This document shows, piece by piece, positions 17,570 through 26,511 of a stretch of 64,000 nucleotides of DNA; the stretch's first letter is position 1, and each line of letters opens with the position of its first letter. The position numbers and the translations under genes are program-made. The notes beneath the pieces were generated by a model that worked only from the letters and a program-made list of their open reading frames with translations, did no database searches and was not told the origin of the DNA. The DNA comes from a virus: positions 1-64,000 of the IMG/VR virus record IMGVR_UViG_3300012165_000002; one strand, 5' to 3'.

Positions 17570-17722
17570 TTATTTATTGTAGGGACTCACATTAGTAATC
17601 ATTTCAATAAGTTGATCCATACTAAGTTCACTACCATTGACGATAGGCTTTCCTTTTTGTGTTGGGGCCTCGGCAATATCATAAGCTTTACAAACCTCCA
17701 AATAAATTTCTTCATCAAACAT
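17570..17722 (-). CDS. Hypothetical small protein (50 aa)
   Basis: ATG 17722 behind GAGGTGATTTAAA; MFDEEIYLEVCKAYDIAEAP.. Below the track cut-off. Confidence 0.45.
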   Translation of the reverse strand: MFDEEIYLEVCKAYDIAEAPTQKGKPIVNGSELSMDQLIEMITNVSPYNK

Positions 17723-17734
17723 TTTAAATCACCT

Positions 17735-18145
17735 CTAATCAACTAAAGTTTCGCATGAATATCCAAGATTTGTCGTGTAATAAATATTTTTAATACCTAA
17801 ATCCTTAATCATTGCCATACAGCTAGGACATGGATGCGCAAGCGCCGGTTTTCCATTTTTAAATTCGCGGTATGTGTAAAGTTTAACTTTGCTCCAGTCT
17901 AAATCCATATCCTTAATGCGAATTAAACAAGCAATTTCAGAATGCAATTTTCCCACATCATACCCATCAAATCTAAATCTGTTGTACTTGTACTGTATCA
18001 CATGCCCCTTATTGGAATTAAATCCACTTGAAATTATTGCATTTCGATAAACAGCTATTGATCCAATATGAACTTTTTGAAAATCCGACAATTCAGATAC
18101 CGCCTTTGCGCATTTAAAGTATCGAATATCATTATCATTAATCAT
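17735..18145 (-). CDS. dCMP (deoxycytidylate) deaminase
   Basis: Zinc-binding motifs HSEIACL (H-x-E) and PCPSCMAMI (PCxxC) with ComEB/dCMP-deaminase spacing and size (136 aa). Confidence 0.85.
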   Translation of the reverse strand: MINDNDIRYFKCAKAVSELSDFQKVHIGSIAVYRNAIISSGFNSNKGHVIQYKYNRFRFDGYDVGKLHSEIACLIRIKDMDLDWSKVKLYTYREFKNGKPALAHPCPSCMAMIKDLGIKNIYYTTNLGYSCETLVD

Positions 18146-18306
18146 ATATCTATATCATTTTCGAAATCCGCATTATCTCCAGATTTTATTTTCTTATACT
18201 CAATTCTATATAAATAATATTTATTTTTATATTTATCATACGTAACAGAGTATTTAGGAGTTTTGTTCTGTAAATAAGTGGCCTGTATAACTTCATTTTT
18301 AGTCAT
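18142..18306 (-). CDS. Hypothetical protein (54 aa)
   Basis: Start moved to ATG 18306 behind GGGAGGATAG; the track start at 18342 overlaps the upstream gene. Confidence 0.45.
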   Translation of the reverse strand: MTKNEVIQATYLQNKTPKYSVTYDKYKNKYYLYRIEYKKIKSGDNADFENDIDI

Positions 18307-18523
18307 AATATTTTCTATCCTCCCATTTAGATATATATTCATTATATTCTAATAAATATTCTTCCTTGTCTCTATTAATATGTCTATAAATATATTCGTC
18401 AGTAGCATCTTCTGTAATTGGATAATAATGTCGGCACTTAGCTCCATTAGTCTCACCACTACAACCCATATCTGCAAATAAACAATTCTTACAACTAAGT
18501 TTATGTCTCTCCGTTTTTGTCAT
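18299..18523 (-). CDS. Hypothetical Cys-containing protein (74 aa)
   Basis: ATG 18523 behind AAGGCGG; the track GTG 18562 lies inside its own RBS. CKNCLFADMGCSGETNGAKC. Confidence 0.45.
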   Translation of the reverse strand: MTKTERHKLSCKNCLFADMGCSGETNGAKCRHYYPITEDATDEYIYRHINRDKEEYLLEYNEYISKWEDRKYYD

Positions 18524-18580
18524 AAATTCTACCGCCTTTGTTGTTGATATGCATATGTTCACCCCTTAACTATTGCGGAA

Positions 18581-18883
18581 TCAATATTTTTCACCAATAA
18601 TATTATCTATTTCATCTTGTTGTTGAGTAGCTTTCTTGTAAGTTTCAAACAGCCTTTCAATAAATATACTATATTGCTTTTCAAAATGTCTTAATGACTT
18701 GTAGATGATATTATATTTGTGTTGTGTCTTCTTCAATTTGTATTTTGCCTTTGCTAATCTTATACCGAATTCTTCATCAAACTCATCTTCAGAACTACAT
18801 CTTGCAATTGCTTTAAGCTGTTTACCAGCATAGTAACCGGTGCAAATAACTACTTTATTTTTATTATCAATTTTTATTTTCAT
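18581..18883 (-). CDS. Hypothetical protein (100 aa)
   Basis: ORF-track frame, AAAGGATATAATT RBS; motif AIARCSSEDEFDEEFGIRLAKAK recurs in small phage proteins of unknown function. Confidence 0.6.
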   Translation of the reverse strand: MKIKIDNKNKVVICTGYYAGKQLKAIARCSSEDEFDEEFGIRLAKAKYKLKKTQHKYNIIYKSLRHFEKQYSIFIERLFETYKKATQQQDEIDNIIGEKY

Positions 18884-18899
18884 AATTATATCCTTTCTT

Positions 18900-19121
18900 T
18901 TAATCTAACGCAACTTTGTATCTTCTGTCATCCTCTATACACTCTTGATTATCTCCAAATAGTACAAAAGTAAATTCAGCGCTATTATCCGCTTCGTTAT
19001 GATGTACTTTCACCATCTTAATAACTTTATTTCTATACTCTTCTGGTATTTTATTTCGTACACCTCCCTCAATTTCCTGTGCTGTCATGTATGTCTTTAT
19101 TTGATATATATTATTATCCAT
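18900..19121 (-). CDS. Hypothetical protein (73 aa)
   Basis: ORF-track frame, 8-nt overlap with the upstream gene. Confidence 0.55.
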   Translation of the reverse strand: MDNNIYQIKTYMTAQEIEGGVRNKIPEEYRNKVIKMVKVHHNEADNSAEFTFVLFGDNQECIEDDRRYKVALD

Positions 19122-19665
19122 TCTTTTCGCGCTCCTTTAGCGCAGCATCGGCTTCATCTTGGCTAAGAAACCATTCCGAATACATATCAATCGCTCCCCA
19201 GCCCACATCAATATTCCAATCATGACTAGTAATGTCACCAACATAATATATACCGCTAACTTGTTTTTCAAATATTTGTTTTCTATGCATCCCATAACCA
19301 AAAACATATACTATGTCGCCATGTTTTACATTTGGTAATTCCACTGTATTTTTAGCATGTGCTATCCAAGTCTTACGGTCAGATGCGATATGTGCTAACC
19401 TTTGTATAAGTGACTTTTTAGATTTACATATTTCATCACAAGCTTCCCATGTACGCAACGGACAAGTATTACAATCCACATCATTCCAAGTTTCATATTC
19501 GGATTTAATTTCATCATACATAACTTCAAGACATTCTGAAGCGTGTTGATATTGCAACGCTTTAAGCTCCATTGCGCTTAACTTTTCCTTCAAAACCTCA
19601 ATTTCACACATCGCAAGTGATTCAATGCCCCGTAGAGATTCTGACAATTCAGACACATTAGTCAT
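19114..19665 (-). CDS. Hypothetical protein (183 aa)
   Basis: ORF-track frame, AAAGGAGAGTTGTA RBS; no motif recognised. Confidence 0.6.
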   Translation of the reverse strand: MTNVSELSESLRGIESLAMCEIEVLKEKLSAMELKALQYQHASECLEVMYDEIKSEYETWNDVDCNTCPLRTWEACDEICKSKKSLIQRLAHIASDRKTWIAHAKNTVELPNVKHGDIVYVFGYGMHRKQIFEKQVSGIYYVGDITSHDWNIDVGWGAIDMYSEWFLSQDEADAALKEREKNG

Positions 19666-19689
19666 TACAACTCTCCTTTTTTCTCACTC

Positions 19690-19968
19690 TCACTTTCCCA
19701 TTTTGCCAAGACCATGCCATTCAAACTTTACGTTATCCGGTGTAAGACAAATCCAATCGCCATCACAACAAAATGGATATGATTTACAATATCTACACTC
19801 TCTACTTCCTGTGATAACATCAATCATCTCTGCGTTTTCAACTTGTAGGATAACAATTTCCTCTGGAGTTAGTTTGGTATCTTGATAAGCGCAAAGTTCG
19901 TGAAACATGTCAATATCTTTATATTTTCTATGTGCTGCATGAAAACCAATTTTACTTAATTGCTCCAT
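19690..19968 (-). CDS. Hypothetical protein (92 aa)
   Basis: ORF-track frame, GAGGAGTGATTTA RBS; Cys-rich CRYCKSYPFCCDGDWIC. Confidence 0.6.
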   Translation of the reverse strand: MEQLSKIGFHAAHRKYKDIDMFHELCAYQDTKLTPEEIVILQVENAEMIDVITGSRECRYCKSYPFCCDGDWICLTPDNVKFEWHGLGKMGK

Positions 19969-19972
19969 TAAA

Positions 19973-20368
19973 TCACTCCTCTAAAAAACAAAATAGGTTT
20001 AAAATATTACTTAATATCATTTCATCTTCTGTAATCTTTTTTTTATCGGCGCTATTGAACAGTAAATCCTTATCGATATTAAATCCTTGGCTTTTAAGAA
20101 TGACACTTGCAAGGTTTCTTTCTGCTTCTCTTGCACGATCATAGTCTTTTCCATAATAACATTTGATATATTCATTTTGCGCTTGTAACAATTCTATTTG
20201 TGATTCTAAATACTCAACCCACCAATCCCTAGCTTTGATATCATTTAGTAATGTCGGTATGTCATTTAAACTATCGTTTATACAGTTGTATACTGTATCG
20301 CTAAAAAATCCTTTTGTCCTTTCCTGCATTGCTCTTGCTGTTTGATACCTTGAAATAATACTATTCAT
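19973..20368 (-). CDS. Hypothetical protein (131 aa)
   Basis: ORF-track frame, ATGA-type overlap with the upstream gene. Confidence 0.6.
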   Translation of the reverse strand: MNSIISRYQTARAMQERTKGFFSDTVYNCINDSLNDIPTLLNDIKARDWWVEYLESQIELLQAQNEYIKCYYGKDYDRAREAERNLASVILKSQGFNIDKDLLFNSADKKKITEDEMILSNILNLFCFLEE

Positions 20369-20763
20369 TTTTTATCTCCTATTCTTGGTTTATGTGCGTA
20401 AAATTTTAATAAATATTTAAAATTTTCGTTATCAATTGCCGTAGGCAGTCCCATACGGATAAAATCTATATAACCATTAGAAATACTCATAATTTTCCAA
20501 ACTTTAAAAGCATTACAGTCATCATAAAGACGAAACCACTCTTTTGTACTTTCTATCCAAACTGGCTCCCCGTCCATCTCCCGTAACTTTTTCAAACTCA
20601 ATGACTTTTGCTGGGTGAGTGGTTCGCCACACCAGCCGCAAAAACTATGAGCTATATCTTCAATGATTTTTCCGCAAGCAGCACAATAAGGGAATTTTTC
20701 AACTATATATTTATTATCCTTATCTGACCAGACATGACGTTCATTGTACTTGACTCCATTCAT
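20365..20763 (-). CDS. Hypothetical zinc-ribbon protein (132 aa)
   Basis: Start moved to ATG 20763 (GAGGAGGGAGGAAG RBS, ATGA overlap with the upstream stop). CAACGK..CGWCGEPLTQ. Confidence 0.6.
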   Translation of the reverse strand: MNGVKYNERHVWSDKDNKYIVEKFPYCAACGKIIEDIAHSFCGWCGEPLTQQKSLSLKKLREMDGEPVWIESTKEWFRLYDDCNAFKVWKIMSISNGYIDFIRMGLPTAIDNENFKYLLKFYAHKPRIGDKK

Positions 20764-21056
20764 ACATCTTCCTCCCTCCTCGGCCACGGCTCCAGCTGGG
20801 TGAGAGGTTCCATGCATATAGGACAACATTTTATTTCTATCGCCCATTGGCAACACAAAAACTGTATTTGCTCATCAGTCATGTTTTTTGTCAACCCTTG
20901 AAATAGTCTGAAATATTTAGGGTTAATATACGATTTCATTACAGGTACCTTCCCAATGTATTCAATGCGCGTTCCGTGTAAATCATCGAATTTAGAGCCA
21001 TCATAATAAACTTTATCGGTCAATGGTTTTTCACCTCTGCAATACTCACAACTCAT
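20760..21056 (-). CDS. Hypothetical zinc-ribbon protein (98 aa), paralogous motif to 20365..20763
   Basis: Start moved to ATG 21056 behind GAGGGAGGAAAATTT. CEYCRG..CCPICMEPLTQ. Confidence 0.6.
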   Translation of the reverse strand: MSCEYCRGEKPLTDKVYYDGSKFDDLHGTRIEYIGKVPVMKSYINPKYFRLFQGLTKNMTDEQIQFLCCQWAIEIKCCPICMEPLTQLEPWPRREEDV

Positions 21057-21427
21057 AAATTTTCCTCCCTCGGCGGTTCTGGTACATTCGCTGGCATCCA
21101 ATGTGTAAAGTAGGTACCATAATAAGTCATACCATTATCTGCCCAATAAAGCCCCTCTCCCACATATTTCGCAAGTATAATTTCTTCATCAACAGAATAA
21201 GCCCATACCAATTGTCCGATATTGTCTGGTGGTTGTTCTTCATTCTCAATCCATCCATCCGGCGTCCTTTTCTCATCAAACTGTGCCTGAAGGATTTGAA
21301 TTGCCAAATTATAGTATTTATCTCTATTTTCATAAACAATTGGATCTCCGAATACTTCATCCATAACAAAATTTCTATCCTTGTAATTTTTTAAATGCTT
21401 TATTACCTGTTCAATATCATTGCTCAT
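21053..21427 (-). CDS. Hypothetical protein (124 aa)
   Basis: ORF-track frame, AAGGGGGGAGAAT RBS. Antisense and overlapping ORFs 21101..21394 and 21127..21369 judged spurious. Confidence 0.6.
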   Translation of the reverse strand: MSNDIEQVIKHLKNYKDRNFVMDEVFGDPIVYENRDKYYNLAIQILQAQFDEKRTPDGWIENEEQPPDNIGQLVWAYSVDEEIILAKYVGEGLYWADNGMTYYGTYFTHWMPANVPEPPREENL

Positions 21428-21445
21428 ATTCTCCCCCCTTCCGCT

Positions 21446-22447
21446 CTACAATTTATAATACATATCGGAACTCCATTTACTGCCCCTAAAAAATCTTATA
21501 ATTGAATCCAACAGACTGCGCTCCGGTTTAGTGCCCAAATCTAAAGCATCCAACTTAGCCTCGCCATACGGCATAACTTCATCTCCATGAATTTCATACC
21601 CACCTCGCCTCGTCAAACTCTCAATATATTGCCTTTCCTGCTTTTTAACTCCAGACTTTAAATACATTTTTTTCGTTGTAGTTTGTAAGGTTAAAACGTA
21701 TTCTCCGCTTTCTGGCTCATAATCAGGACTTGGAAGATCTTGAATTGAATATATTTTGCCATACTCGACTGAAAAATTTGTTTTTTGAATACTGGGAACT
21801 TCTGTGGAAGATTTTGGAATTTTAGCAATAATAGGATTGCCTCTACTACCATGTACATATGTTTCTTCTATGCAACAACACGCTTGTTGTTGAGCGTAAA
21901 AATATGAGGCAGGAGGTGTAGGTATTTTATACTTTGGCATAGGCGCTTTGCATTGGCCACATTGAGGTATAGGTATGGGTCTTAGTGCATCAATTAAAAT
22001 TTGATTTTGTTTTGCTTGCTCAATCTGCATTTTAGCTTGTTGAAGTCGCTGTATTCCTTTTCCAATCTCCCGCTTTGACACGCCCATCATATCGCGATAA
22101 CTATAACTTTGAATATAGTCATACAAATCTATAAATATTGTGATGTTGTTACGATGTAATGCCATCCCATCATGTTTACTTAAGTAATTATAGAGCGATT
22201 TACTAACAGGAATTCCAGTTATACGATATACATCTAACTCTCTCTCATTTTGAACCATCCAGTGTACTATTGCCTCAGTGGGAAATTCGGTATAAACAGT
22301 TGCTCCACCACTTCTATAAGAAATAAGTGTTGAATCATAAGCAGTTGATCCTTTAACATTTTCTATGGCTACATTGTAATCTGACAAATATAACATACCC
22401 AAAAGATTCTCTAATCTGGCAATATCGTCTGCATAAATCGAAATCAT
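21446..22447 (-). CDS. Hypothetical protein (333 aa)
   Basis: ORF-track frame, 4-nt overlap with the upstream gene; no motif recognised. Confidence 0.65.
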   Translation of the reverse strand: MISIYADDIARLENLLGMLYLSDYNVAIENVKGSTAYDSTLISYRSGGATVYTEFPTEAIVHWMVQNERELDVYRITGIPVSKSLYNYLSKHDGMALHRNNITIFIDLYDYIQSYSYRDMMGVSKREIGKGIQRLQQAKMQIEQAKQNQILIDALRPIPIPQCGQCKAPMPKYKIPTPPASYFYAQQQACCCIEETYVHGSRGNPIIAKIPKSSTEVPSIQKTNFSVEYGKIYSIQDLPSPDYEPESGEYVLTLQTTTKKMYLKSGVKKQERQYIESLTRRGGYEIHGDEVMPYGEAKLDALDLGTKPERSLLDSIIRFFRGSKWSSDMYYKL

Positions 22448-22644
22448 ATCTTTTTCCTCTTAATAACCATAAATATTAGAAGCGTTGGCGCAAATACAAT
22501 CAAAACTATAATTCCCTGAATTTTATTTCCGTTACTAATATCCAAAACATCATTTATAAGTTCTGAAATTTTCATATTTTTTGGCATAATTAAAAGAATG
22601 AAGTCAAATAATATCCATACCAGTAATACTAAAACAATTCTCAA
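22444..22644 (-). CDS. Small membrane protein (66 aa, two hydrophobic helices)
   Basis: ORF-track frame; MRIVLVLLVWILFDFILLI.. and ..IIVLIVFAPTLLIFMVI. Confidence 0.55.
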   Translation of the reverse strand: MRIVLVLLVWILFDFILLIMPKNMKISELINDVLDISNGNKIQGIIVLIVFAPTLLIFMVIKRKKI

Positions 22645-22646
22645 GT

Positions 22647-23054
22647 CTACTCCTCCTTTGGCATTTTATTAATGATATTATCATATTTGCATTGTAACAC
22701 TTCAGCCGAGTGAGGGTCATTCATATCAATCCAACATGTTCCGCAAAATCCACTTCGAAGATTATCTAGGTCTTTTAATACCCTATAAACTATCCTCGCT
22801 TCGCTTTCAGTCATTTCAATTCTAGCCGTAAATACATCATCAGCAGACAAACCCATTTGATATAATAATTTTTCTTCTTTTTGCGAATTCTCAATCAAAT
22901 CAGCAGCTTCGCTTATAATATACGGCTCAGGTTCTGTCCATACATAATGGCATCCACGCGCAAAACATTCTGCTCCAACCAATTCTGCATAATCTACTTG
23001 AGGCGGCAACATTTCGCGCAATCCCTTTACAATTTCAGCAGCAATCACAATCAA
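22647..23054 (-). CDS. Hypothetical protein (135 aa)
   Basis: ORF-track frame (TTG 23054 or GTG 23048). N-terminus IAAEIVKGLREM and EPEPYIISEAADLIEN are duplicated in the upstream mini-ORF. Confidence 0.6.
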   Translation of the reverse strand: MIVIAAEIVKGLREMLPPQVDYAELVGAECFARGCHYVWTEPEPYIISEAADLIENSQKEEKLLYQMGLSADDVFTARIEMTESEARIVYRVLKDLDNLRSGFCGTCWIDMNDPHSAEVLQCKYDNIINKMPKEE

Positions 23055-23170
23055 TCCCCCTCTACAAGTTTAATTAAATTCTCAATTAAATCGGCAGCTT
23101 CATTTATAACATATGGCTCAGGATCATCTATCCATTCACGCAATTCCTTTACAATTTCAGTGGCAGTCAT
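23051..23170 (-). CDS. Mini-paralogue (39 aa) of the N-terminal part of 22647..23054
   Basis: AAAGGAGGATTGATT RBS, ATG 23170; MTATEIVKELREWIDDPEPYVINEAADLIENL. Confidence 0.4.
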   Translation of the reverse strand: MTATEIVKELREWIDDPEPYVINEAADLIENLIKLVEGD

Positions 23171-23172
23171 AA

Positions 23173-23307
23173 TCAATCCTCCTTTGGCTTATAAAATAAG
23201 CAATAATATTGTGCGTTTGAAAAAGTCTTCTGCAACCTACTACAATAATGCGGTTCAATTCCGTTTAGCGATACTCCGTGGTATTTACATGTACTGCAAT
23301 CCATCAT
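23173..23307 (-). CDS. Hypothetical small Cys-containing protein (44 aa)
   Basis: AAAGGATGACAA RBS, ATG 23307; MMDCSTCKYHG..HYC. Confidence 0.4.
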   Translation of the reverse strand: MMDCSTCKYHGVSLNGIEPHYCSRLQKTFSNAQYYCLFYKPKED

Positions 23308-23396
23308 TTGTCATCCTTTTATAATTTGATTATACACTATTCATTCTTATTTGTCAAGTATTTTTTCTGTCTATTTAAATACTGAATTTTGCTCTA

Positions 23397-23729
23397 TTAT
23401 CTTCTGCCCGTCTCTGAACAATCGCATTCGTCATGTGTTTTCATACAAATACCACAATGATCGTCCCAAAAACTATCATATAATAAATTCCTCCAGTTAA
23501 AATACGTTCCTTTACACAAACAAAACGAATCCTCCTGATTATTCCTATCTATAATTCTTATACTTTCATTTCCATTATTCGTACTAAGATCTTTCAATTC
23601 AGACAAACATTTTTTACATATGCCCACAACTCCCGTTGGCCCAAAATCATTCTTTCTCATTATAAATATTTCTGTATCGGCGCTTTGTTTGTTGCAAACC
23701 TCACAATTAAATTCCACTGTTATGCTCAA
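23397..23729 (-). CDS. Hypothetical zinc-ribbon protein (110 aa; start uncertain)
   Basis: ORF-track frame. TTG 23729 abuts the GAGGGGAG RBS; GTG 23717 is better spaced. CEVCNK..CKKC..CGIC..CDC. Confidence 0.55.
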   Translation of the reverse strand: MSITVEFNCEVCNKQSADTEIFIMRKNDFGPTGVVGICKKCLSELKDLSTNNGNESIRIIDRNNQEDSFCLCKGTYFNWRNLLYDSFWDDHCGICMKTHDECDCSETGRR

Positions 23730-24177
23730 CTCCCCTCAACACATCGCTATGACCGACAATCATCATATCAATCAGCGCTTTCTGATACTGGAATAACTCA
23801 ACACTCAAAATGTCCTCAACATATTCCGATGGACTCTTTTTCACTGTATCATTTTCCACCTTAAAATTCCCCCTAATGGTTATTCCGTTGTCAAACTGCA
23901 CATATCCCTCGCCTGTTCCATGTCCGCAACAAGCATTCATTACATTTCCAAGATTTGCTATACAATAATCTTGCCCATATTCATTTGGAGACATCCCACA
24001 CTTTTTGCAAATATGTGGTGTGCATCTACTCTCAATTGACGATTGTCTCTCAATCGTATAAACTCTAATATACTTCTCCAATAAATCTGAAATATTATCT
24101 TTGCCAACAATATTTTCAAACGCATCTCCCAAATCCTTATCAATTTCAATCGAGATTACTTTATTCACTTTTGCCAT
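23707..24177 (-). CDS. Hypothetical protein (156 aa)
   Basis: Start moved to ATG 24177 behind GGGAGGGC. C-terminal LIDMMIVGHSDVLRG is shared with the upstream ATP-grasp-like protein. Confidence 0.55.
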   Translation of the reverse strand: MAKVNKVISIEIDKDLGDAFENIVGKDNISDLLEKYIRVYTIERQSSIESRCTPHICKKCGMSPNEYGQDYCIANLGNVMNACCGHGTGEGYVQFDNGITIRGNFKVENDTVKKSPSEYVEDILSVELFQYQKALIDMMIVGHSDVLRGVEHNSGI

Positions 24178-24928
24178 GCCCTCCCAACACTTCTTTATGC
24201 CCAGCAATCATCATATCGAGCAGCTTAGGATGATTGAAGCCATACAGCCCACAAGCAAAGAAATCATGTAACTCAACAATATCGCTTGCTCCATTCCAAT
24301 CAACCATGATATCTAAAGTATACGCCCGCTTCTCGTAAGTGTCAACAATTCTTTGCACATAGCCTTTATCTGGCATTACCCACTCATTGCCGAGATAGTT
24401 TTTTATTCCTAAAATTTCGCCATCATACACAAAGCAGCGCCATTCTGAAATAATATCATGATTCCACTTGCTTATAAAATATCTGTCTTCTGGAAATTCA
24501 AGCGTTTTATCAGGAATAAAATACGCTCCATTGACTTCTGCCTTAATCTTAGTGGCCGATTTTATAAAGTAAGTACCTTTAAAAAAATCGTCACCAATAA
24601 AATCATTAACATCATCTTCCACAAAACAACCTCTTCTTACAAATTCGAATAATTCTTCTGGAATGTTTAATGGCTTAATATTGTCAATACCAAGCATCCG
24701 GTAATAATCTAAGCAAAATTTAACGCTTCCAACGGGAATTGTTTCATATCTGTAGTCGGGAACATATTTTTCATAGCATTCCAAATAATCATCTTTTGCA
24801 AATATAAACCAATGATTATTTTGATTGAGCCATTTACGATACTCGATAGCTTCAATTGTTGCATATCCGAAATCTTGTGCTGGCAATCTTACTCCTTCAA
24901 CTACTTTGGATTCAATTAAGAATAACAT
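24161..24928 (-). CDS. ATP-grasp-like protein (phage DUF4343/R2K-type), tentative
   Basis: 255 aa. YFIKSATKIK.., EWRCFVYDGEILG, YTLDIMV..DIVELHDFFACGLYG resemble the Lys / acidic-residue layout of small phage ATP-grasp enzymes. Recognised from memory only. Confidence 0.45.
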   Translation of the reverse strand: MLFLIESKVVEGVRLPAQDFGYATIEAIEYRKWLNQNNHWFIFAKDDYLECYEKYVPDYRYETIPVGSVKFCLDYYRMLGIDNIKPLNIPEELFEFVRRGCFVEDDVNDFIGDDFFKGTYFIKSATKIKAEVNGAYFIPDKTLEFPEDRYFISKWNHDIISEWRCFVYDGEILGIKNYLGNEWVMPDKGYVQRIVDTYEKRAYTLDIMVDWNGASDIVELHDFFACGLYGFNHPKLLDMMIAGHKEVLGGHGKSE

Positions 24929-24991
24929 TTTTACCTCCTAACGACTCTTTTATTAATTCATCTACCTGTGGTGAAAAATTTGTTTTAACTT

Positions 24992-25147
24992 TCACTTGTC
25001 ACCCCTCCTTATTTGTGGTGAAGAAATTCCTTTGGCAGGGTTTTCGGACATTTTTTTTATCAATTTCTCTGCTTGATCCATGCTAATTGCTTGAGCGTTC
25101 TTTCTTTTGAAATATTTAAGCATTTCTTGCTCCAGTTCTTTATTCAT
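24992..25147 (-). CDS. Hypothetical small protein (51 aa)
   Basis: ATG 25147 shares its A with the upstream TAA; GGAGGATGAGTA RBS; MNKELEQEMLKYFKRK.. Confidence 0.4.
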   Translation of the reverse strand: MNKELEQEMLKYFKRKNAQAISMDQAEKLIKKMSENPAKGISSPQIRRGDK

Positions 25148-25413
25148 TACTCATCCTCCCCATCTGCGCTCAAAAACGCTTTCCAACATTGCGCACAAGT
25201 AACCGGCAATCCTAAAATTGAATTGCATCGAGCGTCTGGTGCTGGTGGACATCCATAGTCCGCTAAAATTTTACATATTTCATCATCCGTTTTATCAATA
25301 TTGCGCAAAATACGCAGCACTAAATCATAATCATTCTCAGCCTGATAATGCTCACCAAATGAGTAGGTGGTATTTTTTAAGTGCTCAATAAGCTTGTTTA
25401 AATTTTCTCTCAT
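25147..25413 (-). CDS. Hypothetical protein (88 aa)
   Basis: ORF-track frame, TAGGAGGAATTTTT RBS. Confidence 0.6.
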   Translation of the reverse strand: MRENLNKLIEHLKNTTYSFGEHYQAENDYDLVLRILRNIDKTDDEICKILADYGCPPAPDARCNSILGLPVTCAQCWKAFLSADGEDE

Positions 25414-25424
25414 AAAAATTCCTC

Positions 25425-26009
25425 CTATCGCCTAGCAACAAGATAAAGATTTAGGTACAACCCTCCGCAATACCCGCAGTCACTTTCAATACGACTAAAA
25501 TCCGTAACCGCATATTCAGCTCTGCGCTCCTCGATATCTTTTCCGCATTCTTCGCAAATATTCAAATATTCTTCATGGCTATATTCATCTATGACATATG
25601 AAAATGCACTGTGCAACAAATCATGCAAGGAATTTCTTTCATAAACATCTCGCTCGTTCTTAAACATTTTTTCTACAAAGCCAAATGGTTCAACCTCTGC
25701 GGAATTCCATCCATATTTACCCTTAGCTTTTTGAATAAAAAACTTGTCAGAAGCATTCGCTAAATATTCGTTGGTTAAAAACTTGTTGGGGAGACAATCA
25801 GTCTCAAACAAATCCCAATCTGCGCAATAGGCTTTATACATGTTTTGCTCCGGCTTCATCCACAAACATACTGGAGCGTCCGTACCAAAAGGATAATGGT
25901 CTGAGCAAATAATAATTTCTTCATAGCCGCTACACGTTTCCGCTATCCACTTTTCGGCATCTGCCAATTCATCAATCGTCCTCTGGCGATATTCCTTTGC
26001 GGTTAACAT
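25425..26009 (-). CDS. Hypothetical protein (194 aa)
   Basis: ORF-track frame, GGAGGGTTAAAT RBS; C-terminal CEECGK..CGYCGG. Confidence 0.6.
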   Translation of the reverse strand: MLTAKEYRQRTIDELADAEKWIAETCSGYEEIIICSDHYPFGTDAPVCLWMKPEQNMYKAYCADWDLFETDCLPNKFLTNEYLANASDKFFIQKAKGKYGWNSAEVEPFGFVEKMFKNERDVYERNSLHDLLHSAFSYVIDEYSHEEYLNICEECGKDIEERRAEYAVTDFSRIESDCGYCGGLYLNLYLVARR

Positions 26010-26011
26010 AT

Positions 26012-26152
26012 TTAACCCTCCATCATCAAAGCTACTCGCACAGAAGTTATTATGATTATACCTATCAAAACAATCATCAATTTAACTTCGTCTACGATAA
26101 AGCATTCAAGAGTTTTTGTCACCAAGTTTTCACACTTGTCTAGTAAATTCAT
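26012..26152 (-). CDS. Small membrane peptide (46 aa)
   Basis: Start moved to ATG 26152 (GAGGAGGGATCGGA RBS, 4-nt overlap with the upstream stop); LMIVLIGIIIITSV helix. Confidence 0.45.
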   Translation of the reverse strand: MNLLDKCENLVTKTLECFIVDEVKLMIVLIGIIIITSVRVALMMEG

Positions 26153-26511
26153 TCCGATCCCTCCTCGTCTCCCCACACCTCCGCACAAGATAGTTTTTTG
26201 TCCAACTTCAAAATGAGTAGACTTGCATCTTGATGTTCTCCACATCCAATTTGCACCGCTGCATAACCATCCGCTTCCCAGGTGTTGTAAACTGAGTCAT
26301 CAACTGTAACGTCTGTACAGTAATAATCCCCCGATTCAAAATCTGCTTTGCTATCAGCCCAATACAAACAATTGTTGTATACAAACCAATACATGTCAAT
26401 ATAGCTTGTGTCAATATACAGTTGCACCCGATGATCCTCCTTTATGCCAAAGTATGCAAAAATTTCTGCTTTTGCGCTTTCATATTTGTCTAGTAGGTGT
26501 TTAAATTTCAT
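26149..26511 (-). CDS. Hypothetical protein (120 aa)
   Basis: ORF-track frame, overlaps the helicase-like gene end by 11 nt. Confidence 0.6.
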   Translation of the reverse strand: MKFKHLLDKYESAKAEIFAYFGIKEDHRVQLYIDTSYIDMYWFVYNNCLYWADSKADFESGDYYCTDVTVDDSVYNTWEADGYAAVQIGCGEHQDASLLILKLDKKLSCAEVWGDEEGSE

